The notes beneath the pieces are model-generated. The model had not been told where the DNA came from. It saw only the letters and a program-made list of their open reading frames with translations, and searched no databases. A stretch of DNA of 64,000 bases, from NCBI GenBank assembly GCA_965237675.1, contig OZ250150.1, positions 4,192,001-4,256,000 on the forward strand, written 5' to 3'. A program made the translations under genes and the position numbers. This document shows positions 39,347 to 50,941 of this stretch, piece after piece. The number at the start of each line of letters is the position of its first letter. Position 1 is the stretch's first letter. The DNA is from Candidatus Latescibacterota bacterium. GTDB lineage: Bacteria; Latescibacterota; UBA2968; GCA-2709665.

Positions 39347-41719
39347 ATGACCCTCTCGTCAAAAACCCTTCAGACCCTCGAATTCAACAAGATTCTCGAC
39401 CTCATCGCGATACGCACCGTCTCGGTTCCCGGGCGAAACGAAGTCGAACGCCTGGCTCCGGCAGACAATCCGGAGCGCATTGAAGCCCGACTTCGTCCGG
39501 TGCTCGAAGCCATGGACCTGATCGGCTATGACGATCCGATTCCGATCGGACGCATGCCCGACATTCGTCCCGCGATTCACACTGCCGCGGTACCGGGCGC
39601 GGCGCTCACCGTCGGTGAACTGATACAGATTGACGAAATTGTGCGGATGTCGCGCCGCTTTCTGGGATATTTTTCCAAACGGAAGGCGAAATATCCCAGA
39701 CTACAGGCGCTCATGTCCGGTCTGTCCCAGCACCCCGATCTGGAAACGAATATTCACCGTTCCCTCGACCCCGCGGCGGAATCCGTTAAGGATTCCGCCA
39801 GCGCCGAATTGAGGCGGATCCGGCGCAGCCTTGAACAAACCCGATCCGGCATCCGCAGTTCCGTTGAAGGCATCCTGAACAAGCTCCCCGACACGGTTGT
39901 ACAGGAGCGCCTGATTACCATCCGGAACGGTCGTTTCGTCATACCGGTTCGCGAAAATCAGAAACATCGGCTGGAAGGCCTGGTGCATGATCAGTCGGCA
40001 AGCGGCGCCACGCTTTTTATCGAACCCATGGCCACCCTGGCGCTCAACAACCGGCTGCGGCAACTCGAACTGGCCGAGCGTCAAGAGGTAAAACGCATCC
40101 TTCTCGAGCTTACCCGAAGCGTTGCCGAAATCAGCGACAGCTTGCTTGACAATCTCGGCATTTTGGGAAGATTCGACGCCGTGTACGCGATCGCCGACTT
40201 TTCACGCGATCTGAAATGCGGCGAGCCCATTTTCAACCTGGAAGGACGCCTCGAACTCCACGACGCCAGGCATCCGCTCCTGGTCTACCGTCTACGAGGT
40301 GAGAAACGGCCCGATTCCATCGTCCCGCTTAGCCTTCCGATGGGCAATGATGCCATTCGCACCCTTATCCTGACCGGTCCGAACGCCGGTGGCAAGACCG
40401 TTGCCCTCAAAACCGTCGGTCTGCTTGCGCTGATGGCTCAGACCGGATTACCCGTGCCCGCCGCGGAACAATCGCAGTTTCCGATCTTCACAGGTGTATT
40501 TGCAGACATCGGCGATGCACAGTCCATTGAGAACGACCTTAGCACGTTTTCATCCCACGTGTCGAATCTGGTCGAGGTCACCAACCATGCCGAACTCCGG
40601 TCTCTTGTACTTCTGGACGAAGTCGGCGCCAGCACCGACCCCGACCAGGGCGCGGCCCTGGCGATGGCCCTACTGAATACGCTTACGGAACGGGGCTGCC
40701 ACACCATCGCGACCACCCATCACGGCGCGCTCAAGGCCTTTGCACACCGCACGGAGGGTATGGCCAACGGATCCATGGCATTTGACACGGCTACGCTGAC
40801 CCCCACCTTCCAACTTCGTCTCAACACGCCCGGCAGCAGCTATGCGTTCGAGATCGCCCGCCGACTTCAAATGCCATCCGATATTGTCGACGAAGCCGTG
40901 CGTATTGCGGGCAGCGATATCGGCCGCCTGGAGGCCCTCATCGCGGATCTTGACGATACCTATCAGCATTATAACGAAGAACTGGCTCGAGTGCACGCCA
41001 ACCGACGGGAGATGGAAAGCCTGAAAGCGGAGTATCAAATTCGCCTTGAAGAAGTAGAAGATCGGGAGCGGGCGTTAAAACGTGGCGCCGAGGAAGAGGC
41101 GCGGCGCATCCTTGACGGAGCCAATGCGCTCATCGAACGCACCGTAACCGAACTCAGAACGCGCAACGCAGACAGGGACGCCATAAAGAAAGCCCGGGCG
41201 CAGGTCGAGCGGGCCCGGCGCGAATTGGCGGAACCGGTCGAAGATCTCAAAGCACCGCTGCCCGTACTAAAACCCGGTTGCCGGGTTCGGGTGCGGACCC
41301 TGGGAAAAGAAGGGATCGTGGCGGAAGACCGAATTGCGGGATCGCGGGTGTCGGTCGAAGTCGGCAACGTACGCCTGCAGGTGGGGCGGGCGGACCTCGA
41401 ATTACTGGAAGGTGCCGAAAAGAACCCCTCGGGAGCGGTTTCTGCCGGGTTCACAACCCGCAACGACGTTGCCGCCGAAGTGGATCTGAGAGGAATGACC
41501 GTGGATGAGGCTGTGGAGGCAGTGGACAGATACATCGACGACCTGTATCTGGCCGGAATGGAACACGCCGCTGTCATCCATGGCAAAGGCACGGGGGCCC
41601 TGCGCAGGGCCATTGGCGTCCATCTCCGGAACCACGAATTTATCAAATCCCAGCGTCTTGGTTCGCACACCGAAGGCGGTGCAGGGGTCACGGTCATCAC
41701 GCTGGCCCTGAACCCTTGA
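39347..41719 (+). CDS. mutS2: Endonuclease MutS2 (with Smr domain)
   Basis: LEFNKI, HDQSASGATLFIEP, TGPNAGGKT, DIGDAQSIENDLSTFSSH, LLDEVG and Smr DLRGMTV...IHGKGTGALR...GGAGVT. Confidence 0.96.
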   Translation: MTLSSKTLQTLEFNKILDLIAIRTVSVPGRNEVERLAPADNPERIEARLRPVLEAMDLIGYDDPIPIGRMPDIRPAIHTAAVPGAALTVGELIQIDEIVRMSRRFLGYFSKRKAKYPRLQALMSGLSQHPDLETNIHRSLDPAAESVKDSASAELRRIRRSLEQTRSGIRSSVEGILNKLPDTVVQERLITIRNGRFVIPVRENQKHRLEGLVHDQSASGATLFIEPMATLALNNRLRQLELAERQEVKRILLELTRSVAEISDSLLDNLGILGRFDAVYAIADFSRDLKCGEPIFNLEGRLELHDARHPLLVYRLRGEKRPDSIVPLSLPMGNDAIRTLILTGPNAGGKTVALKTVGLLALMAQTGLPVPAAEQSQFPIFTGVFADIGDAQSIENDLSTFSSHVSNLVEVTNHAELRSLVLLDEVGASTDPDQGAALAMALLNTLTERGCHTIATTHHGALKAFAHRTEGMANGSMAFDTATLTPTFQLRLNTPGSSYAFEIARRLQMPSDIVDEAVRIAGSDIGRLEALIADLDDTYQHYNEELARVHANRREMESLKAEYQIRLEEVEDRERALKRGAEEEARRILDGANALIERTVTELRTRNADRDAIKKARAQVERARRELAEPVEDLKAPLPVLKPGCRVRVRTLGKEGIVAEDRIAGSRVSVEVGNVRLQVGRADLELLEGAEKNPSGAVSAGFTTRNDVAAEVDLRGMTVDEAVEAVDRYIDDLYLAGMEHAAVIHGKGTGALRRAIGVHLRNHEFIKSQRLGSHTEGGAGVTVITLALNP

Positions 41720-41931
41720 AGACTGGCTTGACTGCTCGCCGTTAAACCCGCAGATCCAAACCCCGCTCTTCCGTGGGGTCGATGGCAGCATGTACCTGAC
41801 CGGCATTGATCTCTGCGCGTGACCGGTCGATTCGCCGAACCCTCACCCGGTCCACGCGCCCACGTTCCATCCCCCGCCACCTCGAATCCCCGCGGGCGGG
41901 GCGGTGGCATCGGTTGCGGCATTGGCGCCGA

Positions 41932-41960
41932 TTGACACGTTATCCGGTTTCCTCTATATT
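41932..41960 (+). promoter_or_regulatory. Sigma70-like promoter of ispG
   Basis: TTGACA-N17-TATATT. Confidence 0.6.
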
Positions 41961-41982
41961 AGATCCGATATATTAGATCCGA
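41955..41982 (+). repeat. Perfect 14-bp tandem duplication TATATTAGATCCGA x2
   Basis: Read directly from the sequence; it starts at the -10 box. Confidence 0.9.
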
Positions 41983-42029
41983 GTCGGAAATACGAGCCTC
42001 TCTTTCAGCCTCTAACCTGAACGTGACCC

Positions 42030-43970
<1,941 letters not shown>

Positions 43971-44085
43971 ATACCGGTCGGGTCAACCCGCAACGATCGA
44001 CGCTTCCCTGCCCCGCGCTGGCGAAGGATGAACGGCGCCGGGACTTCCGCAACACTATCCTTCCATCCATACCATAGAACCCGTT

Positions 44086-45900
44086 ATGCCCCGTATTCCC
44101 GAAGATACCGTGGAACAGATTCGCGACTCGGTGGATATCGTCGACGTCATTTCCGAGTATGTCGCACTCGTCAAACGGGGCAAGAGCTATCTGGGCCTCT
44201 GTCCCTTTCACGACGACCGGACCCCCTCCCTGAACGTCTCCCAGGAGAAACAGATTTACAAGTGTTTTTCCTGCGGCGCGGGCGGAAATGCCTTCATTTT
44301 CCTGATGGAACTCGAACGCATCAGCTTCATCGAAGCCGTACGCAAGCTTGCTGACCAAGTCGGCATTTCGCTGCCCGAATTTCAGCCCCGTGACCAGGCG
44401 CCAAAGGACACCAACGACGAGGTTTACAGGACGGTCGAATTCGCCCGAAAATACTTCCGTCACATGCTGCTGCGACACGAATCCGGCGCAGCAGCACGCG
44501 AATACCTCGTTGGCCGTGGCGTCTCCGAATCGATGATGGATGCCTTCTCGCTGGGCTACGCCACCAAGGCCTGGGATGGCCTGCTCAACGTGGCCGGCAG
44601 GCGGGGCTTGAGCGCCCCGATGCTCGAGCGGGCCGGACTCGTCGTGCACCGCGAGGACGGCCGATCCTACGACCGCTTCCGAGACCGCGTGATCTTTCCC
44701 ATCGAATCGCACACCGGACGCACCGTTGCTTTCGGCGCCCGCACCCTCGATCCGGAAGTACAGCCCAAATATCTGAACTCTCCGGAGACCGATATCTACA
44801 GCAAGAGCGCCACGCTTTACGGCCTCTGGAAAAACCGGGAACCCATCCGATCGACCCGAACGGCGGTTGTTGTCGAAGGCTATATGGACCTCGTTGCCCT
44901 GGCTCAATTCGATATCCGAAACGTTGTCGCCTCTTCCGGAACCGCGCTCACTCCGGACCATGCGCGCCTGCTAAAGCGGTACGCCGACCTGGCCGTACTT
45001 GTGTTTGACGGCGACGCCGCAGGTACCGCGGCCACCGTGCGCGGCGTAGGCGCCCTGGTGGAATCCGGACTGGAAATCCGCGTGGTCACGCTCGACGGCG
45101 ATGAGGATCCTGACAGCTTCGTCCGGCAGCGGGGTTCGGACGGCTTTAACGAACTGACCGAAACCGCTGCGCCAATAATGGATTTTCTCTTTAATTGGGT
45201 GCGGTCACGGGAAGACCTGTCCACATCTGACGGCAAAACCCGCGCCGTTGAAACCATTTCGGAATTCGTCGCGCGCGCGAAGGACAGTACCCGAAGGCGT
45301 TTTCTGACACAGGAAACCGCAGAGAAACTGGGGATCGACGAAGCCATCGTCATTCAGGCGGTCCAGCGCGCAGCCCGTTCCCGACCCGGAAAACGCTCGG
45401 CCGACGCCACGGAAACGGTATCCCGATCCGGGACTTTCGATCCCCGCCCACGAATGGAACGGGAACTGATCGCGCTGATGATGGCGGACGATCACACGGC
45501 CGATACGGTCTTTCAACACGTCGACGTTGAATACTTTACCAACAGTGTCTACCGCAGGATCGCCGGGATGATCTCGGAGGTGCGTAAGGAGGGGCGAACC
45601 GTCGCGGCCGCGTCCCTGCTGAATCAATGTGAAGACGCCGGCCTGGCCAATATCCTGTCCGCCCTGTCAATGGAAACCGCCGATCTCAACCCGGAAGGGC
45701 AGGTTCCGCTGCAGGACTATCTCATCGGGTTACAACTCAAGGCCCTCGACGCGAGCATCAAAGCCCTTGAGGCCCAACTGCGCACAGCCGGTGGCGGCAC
45801 CGATCCAATCGTGTTGATGGCCGAACACAAGGTTCTGACCCAACAACGCAAAGCGCTCTTCGCCGCCCCGCGTTGGCGTCCCGAACCTGCGCAACTTTGA
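44086..45900 (+). CDS. dnaG: DNA primase
   Basis: CPFHDDRTPS...CFSCG zinc finger, FRDRVIFPI, KYLNSPET, VVEGYMD, FDGDAAG and DPD. Confidence 0.97.
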   Translation: MPRIPEDTVEQIRDSVDIVDVISEYVALVKRGKSYLGLCPFHDDRTPSLNVSQEKQIYKCFSCGAGGNAFIFLMELERISFIEAVRKLADQVGISLPEFQPRDQAPKDTNDEVYRTVEFARKYFRHMLLRHESGAAAREYLVGRGVSESMMDAFSLGYATKAWDGLLNVAGRRGLSAPMLERAGLVVHREDGRSYDRFRDRVIFPIESHTGRTVAFGARTLDPEVQPKYLNSPETDIYSKSATLYGLWKNREPIRSTRTAVVVEGYMDLVALAQFDIRNVVASSGTALTPDHARLLKRYADLAVLVFDGDAAGTAATVRGVGALVESGLEIRVVTLDGDEDPDSFVRQRGSDGFNELTETAAPIMDFLFNWVRSREDLSTSDGKTRAVETISEFVARAKDSTRRRFLTQETAEKLGIDEAIVIQAVQRAARSRPGKRSADATETVSRSGTFDPRPRMERELIALMMADDHTADTVFQHVDVEYFTNSVYRRIAGMISEVRKEGRTVAAASLLNQCEDAGLANILSALSMETADLNPEGQVPLQDYLIGLQLKALDASIKALEAQLRTAGGGTDPIVLMAEHKVLTQQRKALFAAPRWRPEPAQL

Positions 45901-45949
45901 CCACAATAAGCTTGTCCTTTCGAGCAAATCGAGTACATTTCCCTGTTAC

Positions 45950-46026
45950 GGGCCCTTAGCTCAGCTGGTTAGAGCGGCGGACTCATAATCCGTTGGTCGC
46001 AGGTTCGAGTCCTGCAGGGCCCACCA
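45950..46026 (+). tRNA. tRNA-Ile2 (anticodon CAU, lysidine-modified type)
   Basis: GGGCCCT/AGGGCCC acceptor stem, D-loop CAGCTGGTTAGAG, anticodon loop CTCATAA, GGTTCGAGTCC T-arm and encoded CCA. It resembles ileX-type tRNAs rather than Met tRNAs. Confidence 0.92.
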
Positions 46027-46033
46027 AAACGCG

Positions 46034-46070
46034 AAAGAGGGAGTCCGAAAATCTATCGGCTCCCTCTTTA
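46034..46070. terminator. Bidirectional terminator between the tRNA and the island
   Basis: AAAGAGGGAG-TCCGA...TCGG-CTCCCTCTTT inverted repeat. Confidence 0.7.
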
Positions 46071-46116
46071 ATCTTTTGGGCTTATATATTCAACATGACG
46101 AGACGTTTTCACCATG

Positions 46117-46773
46117 TCAAAAATCATCAACTTCGGCAGTAGATGTGTCTTTGTCCACACGATCAGGGCATTCACTTGCGGGGATATTACAATACCGACA
46201 TTCCCCAAAACTCGGAACTCTTTTGGCTGGTTCATTCGATGCCAGCCTGCGTATTAACTCCGAAAATCGCTTGACGAATTTCTCATCAACAGCAGATGAC
46301 GGGACAGCAACCTCCCGCTCTCCGTATACAACCCGCCCCTCAAGAGCAACATTTCTGTATTTCTCAGGAAACGCTTTGGGAACTGCATACATGTAGAGCA
46401 TTACCTGAACGTGATCTGATGCCCTTGGCTGACCCGTTTTGATGTCTATGATTCTGCAGCTATTTCCCTTCTTTGCGATTAAATCAGGCTTTCCCCCAAC
46501 CGTCGCAGTCGTTCCTGAAAGGTGAAAATAATTTTGAGTCTCGGTTGACACATCAAAACCTTTATCTTCCAGTTTCTTTTGATATTTATTCCTGGCTGCT
46601 GTATGTTCGAGTTGCCAAGCAGTTGAATCAAAATCACCTGGCAAAGCAGTCCAACTTTTCCTGTCATGTTGGGCTTGAAACCAGTTTGCCCACTCACATG
46701 ACGTTTCACCAGTAAGCAACTTCGTCAACCACGTCACCCAAACATACGGAAGACCAGATCTCTTTTCGGCCAT
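46117..46773 (-). CDS. Cas4/RecB-like PD-(D/E)XK nuclease with probable Fe-S staple
   Basis: GKPDLIAKKGNSCRIIDIKTG...QVMLY (PD-DxK, QxxxY); Cys in TSCEW plus ECRYCNIPASEC. Confidence 0.85.
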   Translation of the reverse strand: MAEKRSGLPYVWVTWLTKLLTGETSCEWANWFQAQHDRKSWTALPGDFDSTAWQLEHTAARNKYQKKLEDKGFDVSTETQNYFHLSGTTATVGGKPDLIAKKGNSCRIIDIKTGQPRASDHVQVMLYMYAVPKAFPEKYRNVALEGRVVYGEREVAVPSSAVDEKFVKRFSELIRRLASNEPAKRVPSFGECRYCNIPASECPDRVDKDTSTAEVDDF

Positions 46774-46844
46774 CTCCTCCTCACTTTCGAGACTTCCTAT
46801 CGCTCTGTGCCCATTTTAAGGAGACATTTTCCCCATTGCCCAGG

Positions 46845-48914
46845 TTATGCTCCCAGGTCATCGAGGAATTCGGAAGCGGGCTTGACGCCGGAAACCATCA
46901 GGTGGTCACGGGCACGCGTGCACGCAACATACAGCAAGTGTCTCTCCGTGTTGTAGACCTCCTCAAGGTCCGCGTCATCCGCGACGGTTTCAATGCGCTC
47001 CTGTCGCGGGATCACTTCGTCGTCGCAGGCCATGACGGCAACGGCTCGAAACTCCAGCCCCTTGGCAAGATGCATCGTCGCAACCGACACCCGACCGGTG
47101 GCCGTTTCACTGCATTCATCCAGTGTCTGGAATGAAAATCCCGATCCCTCGACGGCCTCACGCGCTCGGTCCAGTTCCCTCGCCGATCGAACAAATACCC
47201 CCATCTCACCGGCATCGACCCCCTTGTTCCCCAACGCCTTCAGCCAATTTCCGACTGCCTCACTCTCCTGCTGCGCCGCATCGAACAAGCGTATTTCCGG
47301 AGGTTCGCCGTTGAACGCCGAAACCGTCCCCCTTCGATTCTCGACGTTGCCATCCACATCGGCGACTTCGGACCCCAGAAGACGATCCGCTCGCATCCTG
47401 ATCTGATGGGACGTACGATAATTTAGCTTGAGTGTCTCAGATCTCACCCGGACATCCACGCCAGCTGCCTTCCAGGAAAACGGAGCCTGGAAAATCCGTT
47501 GTCCCAGATCACCCGAAAAGAATAGGCCGTTCGGCTTTTCGCCGCCCATAGCGGCCAGAAAACGAAGTTGGGCGACTCCTATTTCCTGAGCCTCATCCAC
47601 GACTATAAACTCATACGGTGGATGGCGACGTTCTTTGAGCCTCTCCGCGAGTATACCGCACATACCTGATCGCGTAATCAGGTTCCGTTCTGTCAATTTG
47701 ACCTTGACCCGTTCGAATATATTCCACAGGCTCGAACGCAGCTCAAGAGGCAGGCGGGGCTTGCGGCCGAGTCGTCTTACGTCGCGATAGGCCTCCCAGC
47801 CATCCAATTGCCACGCGTCAACGACATTCTCCCATTCGCTCACCAGAAAGTTGAGGGAAAAGCGATGTATTTCCTCCTCTTTGGCGCCTTCAGCCAATAG
47901 CTCGCGAACCATCTCCCCAGACGCAATTCTCGCGACACCGACCTGCGCCTTATAGACACGTTCGCATACTTGATCAATTGTGTTGACCTCCAGCCGTTCC
48001 ATTAACCGGGGTTCATTGCGAATCAGCCGCCTGACTCTGGAACGGAGAAAGTCGGCCAGGGTGTCGGAGAAGGTGGTGAGCAGAACCCGTGCGTCCGGAT
48101 TCGCGCGTGCTAGGAACACAGCTCGGTGAATTGCGACAACGGTTTTGCCAGTACCTGCCGGTCCGGATACGCGAAAAGGTCCGTTGTAGTCCCGTTCAAC
48201 AATCTTCCGTTGCGTCGGGTGCAGAAAAATCGCCCATTTCGCCCACGGAAAGTCGAGCGCAAGCTCGAGTTCGTCCTCGTTCGACACCAGCTTGAATCGT
48301 CGCTCCGCGTCTGGGTGCTCGAACGGGTCGCCGGAAACAACCGGCTCCGCCGGCTTCGGTGTCTCACCAACGGCGATCTGTAGCAACGCCTCCGCTGCTT
48401 CTTCGGGCAAGTGTTCCGACAGGTCCAATAAACTGTCTTCGTTAGCGTTACGTACGTCCTCCAGCCATTCTGGAGGAACCCCGTACTTCAAGAGATCTTC
48501 TTCCGGAGTCTCTGCGAACAAGATGGGCTTGACCGGCGGTTTCTGTTGCGGTTCCACATAAACCGGTACCACGACTTCCTTAACCGTTTCCTTTACTTCG
48601 ACCAATTGCGCCGCTCCGGTCCTGGGATGGACTTCCAATTTGCGCTTTTCCGCCCATTTGTACGCGTTGTCGTGGTGATCCACGTAGCACATCATCAGAC
48701 TCTTCGATGTACGGTGCACGATGATACGTACGTCGCGGTTCACGCGAACTGACCAGAAATTCGGGTCTTTAGCTCTGTCAACCTTGTGGAATTTCAATCC
48801 AGGATGTGCCGGGTTCATCTGCAGATCAAAGGCCGTGGTTTTCACGGCCTTTTGTTCGTTTCCGGTCAACCTGGCGAGGCTTTCGGTTAAGGTATGTGCT
48901 ATCCGAAATTCCAT
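46845..48914 (-). CDS. UvrD/Rep-like SF1 helicase with N-terminal RelE/ParE-like domain
   Basis: GPAGTGKT, LLTTFS, VVDEAQE, GDLGQRIF, NYRTS, TMHLAKGLEF and LYVACTRAR. The N-terminus PGLKFHKVDRAKDPNFWSVRVNRDVRIIVH has the RelE-like pattern. Confidence 0.88.
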   Translation of the reverse strand: MEFRIAHTLTESLARLTGNEQKAVKTTAFDLQMNPAHPGLKFHKVDRAKDPNFWSVRVNRDVRIIVHRTSKSLMMCYVDHHDNAYKWAEKRKLEVHPRTGAAQLVEVKETVKEVVVPVYVEPQQKPPVKPILFAETPEEDLLKYGVPPEWLEDVRNANEDSLLDLSEHLPEEAAEALLQIAVGETPKPAEPVVSGDPFEHPDAERRFKLVSNEDELELALDFPWAKWAIFLHPTQRKIVERDYNGPFRVSGPAGTGKTVVAIHRAVFLARANPDARVLLTTFSDTLADFLRSRVRRLIRNEPRLMERLEVNTIDQVCERVYKAQVGVARIASGEMVRELLAEGAKEEEIHRFSLNFLVSEWENVVDAWQLDGWEAYRDVRRLGRKPRLPLELRSSLWNIFERVKVKLTERNLITRSGMCGILAERLKERRHPPYEFIVVDEAQEIGVAQLRFLAAMGGEKPNGLFFSGDLGQRIFQAPFSWKAAGVDVRVRSETLKLNYRTSHQIRMRADRLLGSEVADVDGNVENRRGTVSAFNGEPPEIRLFDAAQQESEAVGNWLKALGNKGVDAGEMGVFVRSARELDRAREAVEGSGFSFQTLDECSETATGRVSVATMHLAKGLEFRAVAVMACDDEVIPRQERIETVADDADLEEVYNTERHLLYVACTRARDHLMVSGVKPASEFLDDLGA

Positions 48915-49066
48915 TTCGGTATCCGTCGTGATTGACGACCATAGGAAGTTCGTGTTCCTGGTACTGCTCGGCGGATCATCGGAATTGGACGACCGTGAGA
49001 TTTACCGTGGAAATGTCAGGCGCTGTCTTATGCTTAATGAACAATACCGTCCGGTCCCAATCTAAC

Positions 49067-50764
49067 TTACAAATTAACCCGCCATATACTCGTAGCCTGT
49101 TTCGCCATCCAAGCCTGGCGTGTGCGAATCTTCTCTACGGTCCAAGAGTCGTAGTCTTCTGCTAGTCTCCGGGTGATGGCGAAGTTACTCTTATGATAGA
49201 CCGGTCGTTTTTCGTCGAATCCCGCGTTTCCCAAATTGCGATTGTCAGCGGTCGCCATCAGTGTCATGTTTCCGAGACGGTAGGTGGACCCCTCTCTTTG
49301 CTGGTCGTTGAACTGCTCCCAGCCGTTGCCGGGATTCTCCGGCAGCACATGTTCGATGCCGTATCTCGCGCTCTCATTTTCATAGCTTTGTCCCGACATC
49401 TGTGCTTCCAGCCGGAACAGCATAAAGCGCACGATCTTTTTGTTACGACTACTAGTCGTTCGTAGTGCCTTGTCAGCAAACGCTGCCTTGAATTCCGGAT
49501 CATCCGGATACACGGGGTTAAGTTCTGCAATAGCAGCGGCCATGCTGTGTACACGGCCTTCCGCAATTCCCTGGGCAATCTGGTTGTACACGACCTCCTG
49601 CTCGTTGCTCTGGCGGCTACATATCACGTTGTAGCGAAACGAAACAACCGCTACGGCATGAAGAAATCGTCCGAAGCCGACACGGTCCTCTTCCGCGAAT
49701 CGCTCAAATGCCGCCAATAGTAATGCCAAGGGTTGACGGACGTTGAACATCTGCAACTGGGCCAGATTGGCGCGTTCTTCCGCTGTCCAAGAGTCGTCCT
49801 CCGGGCTTCGCAAGGCCGCATACACACGGGCACTCCTATCCATGTCGCGGATCAGCTCAAACGCTTTGGACTTATCGCAAATCGCGTTCCGAATGACTTT
49901 GAACAAGTCAGCCTTGCGCACCAGCCTGTTTCGGCTGTTCCAGAACACACGCAAAAACTCAGGAAGACTCTCACTCCCCAGCAAACCTACAATACCCTCC
50001 CATCGATCTTCCAGGTTGTCAATCTCGGATTCGTGCGGATTTCCGCGTGAGACGACCGAAAACAAGTAATTCTTGAGCAAATCGGTAGCGGACAAGCGCA
50101 CGCCGCGAGCATTTAGTGTCTCGAACACCTTGAAGGCATTCAATTCGTCAGTCACGGTAATGATCGTAAAGAACAGTTTATCTACAGCGACGTCAACGAA
50201 ACGCGCTACGGATTCACCTTCATTGCCACATCTTTCTCTGATATGCTCCTTGAACCAGATAAACGCGCGACGCATTAGATGTTCCGAGGCGTTTAGGCCC
50301 CTTTGCGGTAGGCGCTCCAGCGGCACCAGGTAATTCTGGTAAAAGCGATCGTTATGCCGGTTCAGCGTGAGCTTGGAGCGCGATATCAGGCTGACTGGAT
50401 CCAGGTAGCCGATGTAGTTGCTTCGTAACTGCTCAGCGCGTCGCTGTTGTGGGTCATTTGGATCGTCCGGCGGTGCTAGATCTACTAGATGCGCTATCGC
50501 CGCCAGCATCAACAAGCTAAGCGTGGTCATTCGCTGCTGTCCGTCGATAATGTCAAACGACCTGTTGTCCGAAGATTGCAGTACTAGGTAGCCCATGTAG
50601 TGAGCGGGTTCCGGGGCCTCGCCGAATAGCGCAACAATGTCCTGCCACAGGTCGTCCCATTCGTCGAGACCCCAGGAGTAGTCGCGCTGAAACATCGGCA
50701 CGCGATAGCTCAGCCCATTACCCATTAATTGGCGAAATGTGTTATTGGTCGTGTAAAAATTCAT
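49067..50764 (-). CDS. GmrSD-type type IV restriction endonuclease (DUF262 + DUF1524 HNH)
   Basis: VPMFQRDYSW, IIDGQQRMTT, FETLNARG, IEHVLPE and LGNMTLMATADNRNLGN. Confidence 0.9.
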   Translation of the reverse strand: MNFYTTNNTFRQLMGNGLSYRVPMFQRDYSWGLDEWDDLWQDIVALFGEAPEPAHYMGYLVLQSSDNRSFDIIDGQQRMTTLSLLMLAAIAHLVDLAPPDDPNDPQQRRAEQLRSNYIGYLDPVSLISRSKLTLNRHNDRFYQNYLVPLERLPQRGLNASEHLMRRAFIWFKEHIRERCGNEGESVARFVDVAVDKLFFTIITVTDELNAFKVFETLNARGVRLSATDLLKNYLFSVVSRGNPHESEIDNLEDRWEGIVGLLGSESLPEFLRVFWNSRNRLVRKADLFKVIRNAICDKSKAFELIRDMDRSARVYAALRSPEDDSWTAEERANLAQLQMFNVRQPLALLLAAFERFAEEDRVGFGRFLHAVAVVSFRYNVICSRQSNEQEVVYNQIAQGIAEGRVHSMAAAIAELNPVYPDDPEFKAAFADKALRTTSSRNKKIVRFMLFRLEAQMSGQSYENESARYGIEHVLPENPGNGWEQFNDQQREGSTYRLGNMTLMATADNRNLGNAGFDEKRPVYHKSNFAITRRLAEDYDSWTVEKIRTRQAWMAKQATSIWRVNL

Positions 50765-50941
50765 TAACTACCCACCTCCAGAATTCGTCTCGTTTAATCA
50801 GCTAGCTGATCCTTCGAAACGGTACTACACGCTCTCCTCTACACCTTCCAATATACACGAAACTCGGATGGAGAGTTGTCCCTGTTTCTATATTGGCACG
50901 TTGGGAATTCCAATCGTGACTTTGACGCAATCCTGAATTAG

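Noticed and set aside
45950-46026. tRNA-Met assignment from the CAT anticodon
   Set aside because: It has a paired G1-C72, lacks the three consecutive G-C pairs of the initiator anticodon stem, and resembles ileX-type tRNAs overall, which favours Ile2.
46117-46773. CRISPR-Cas locus suggested by the Cas4-like nuclease
   Set aside because: No repeat-spacer array or other cas genes were seen anywhere in the window.
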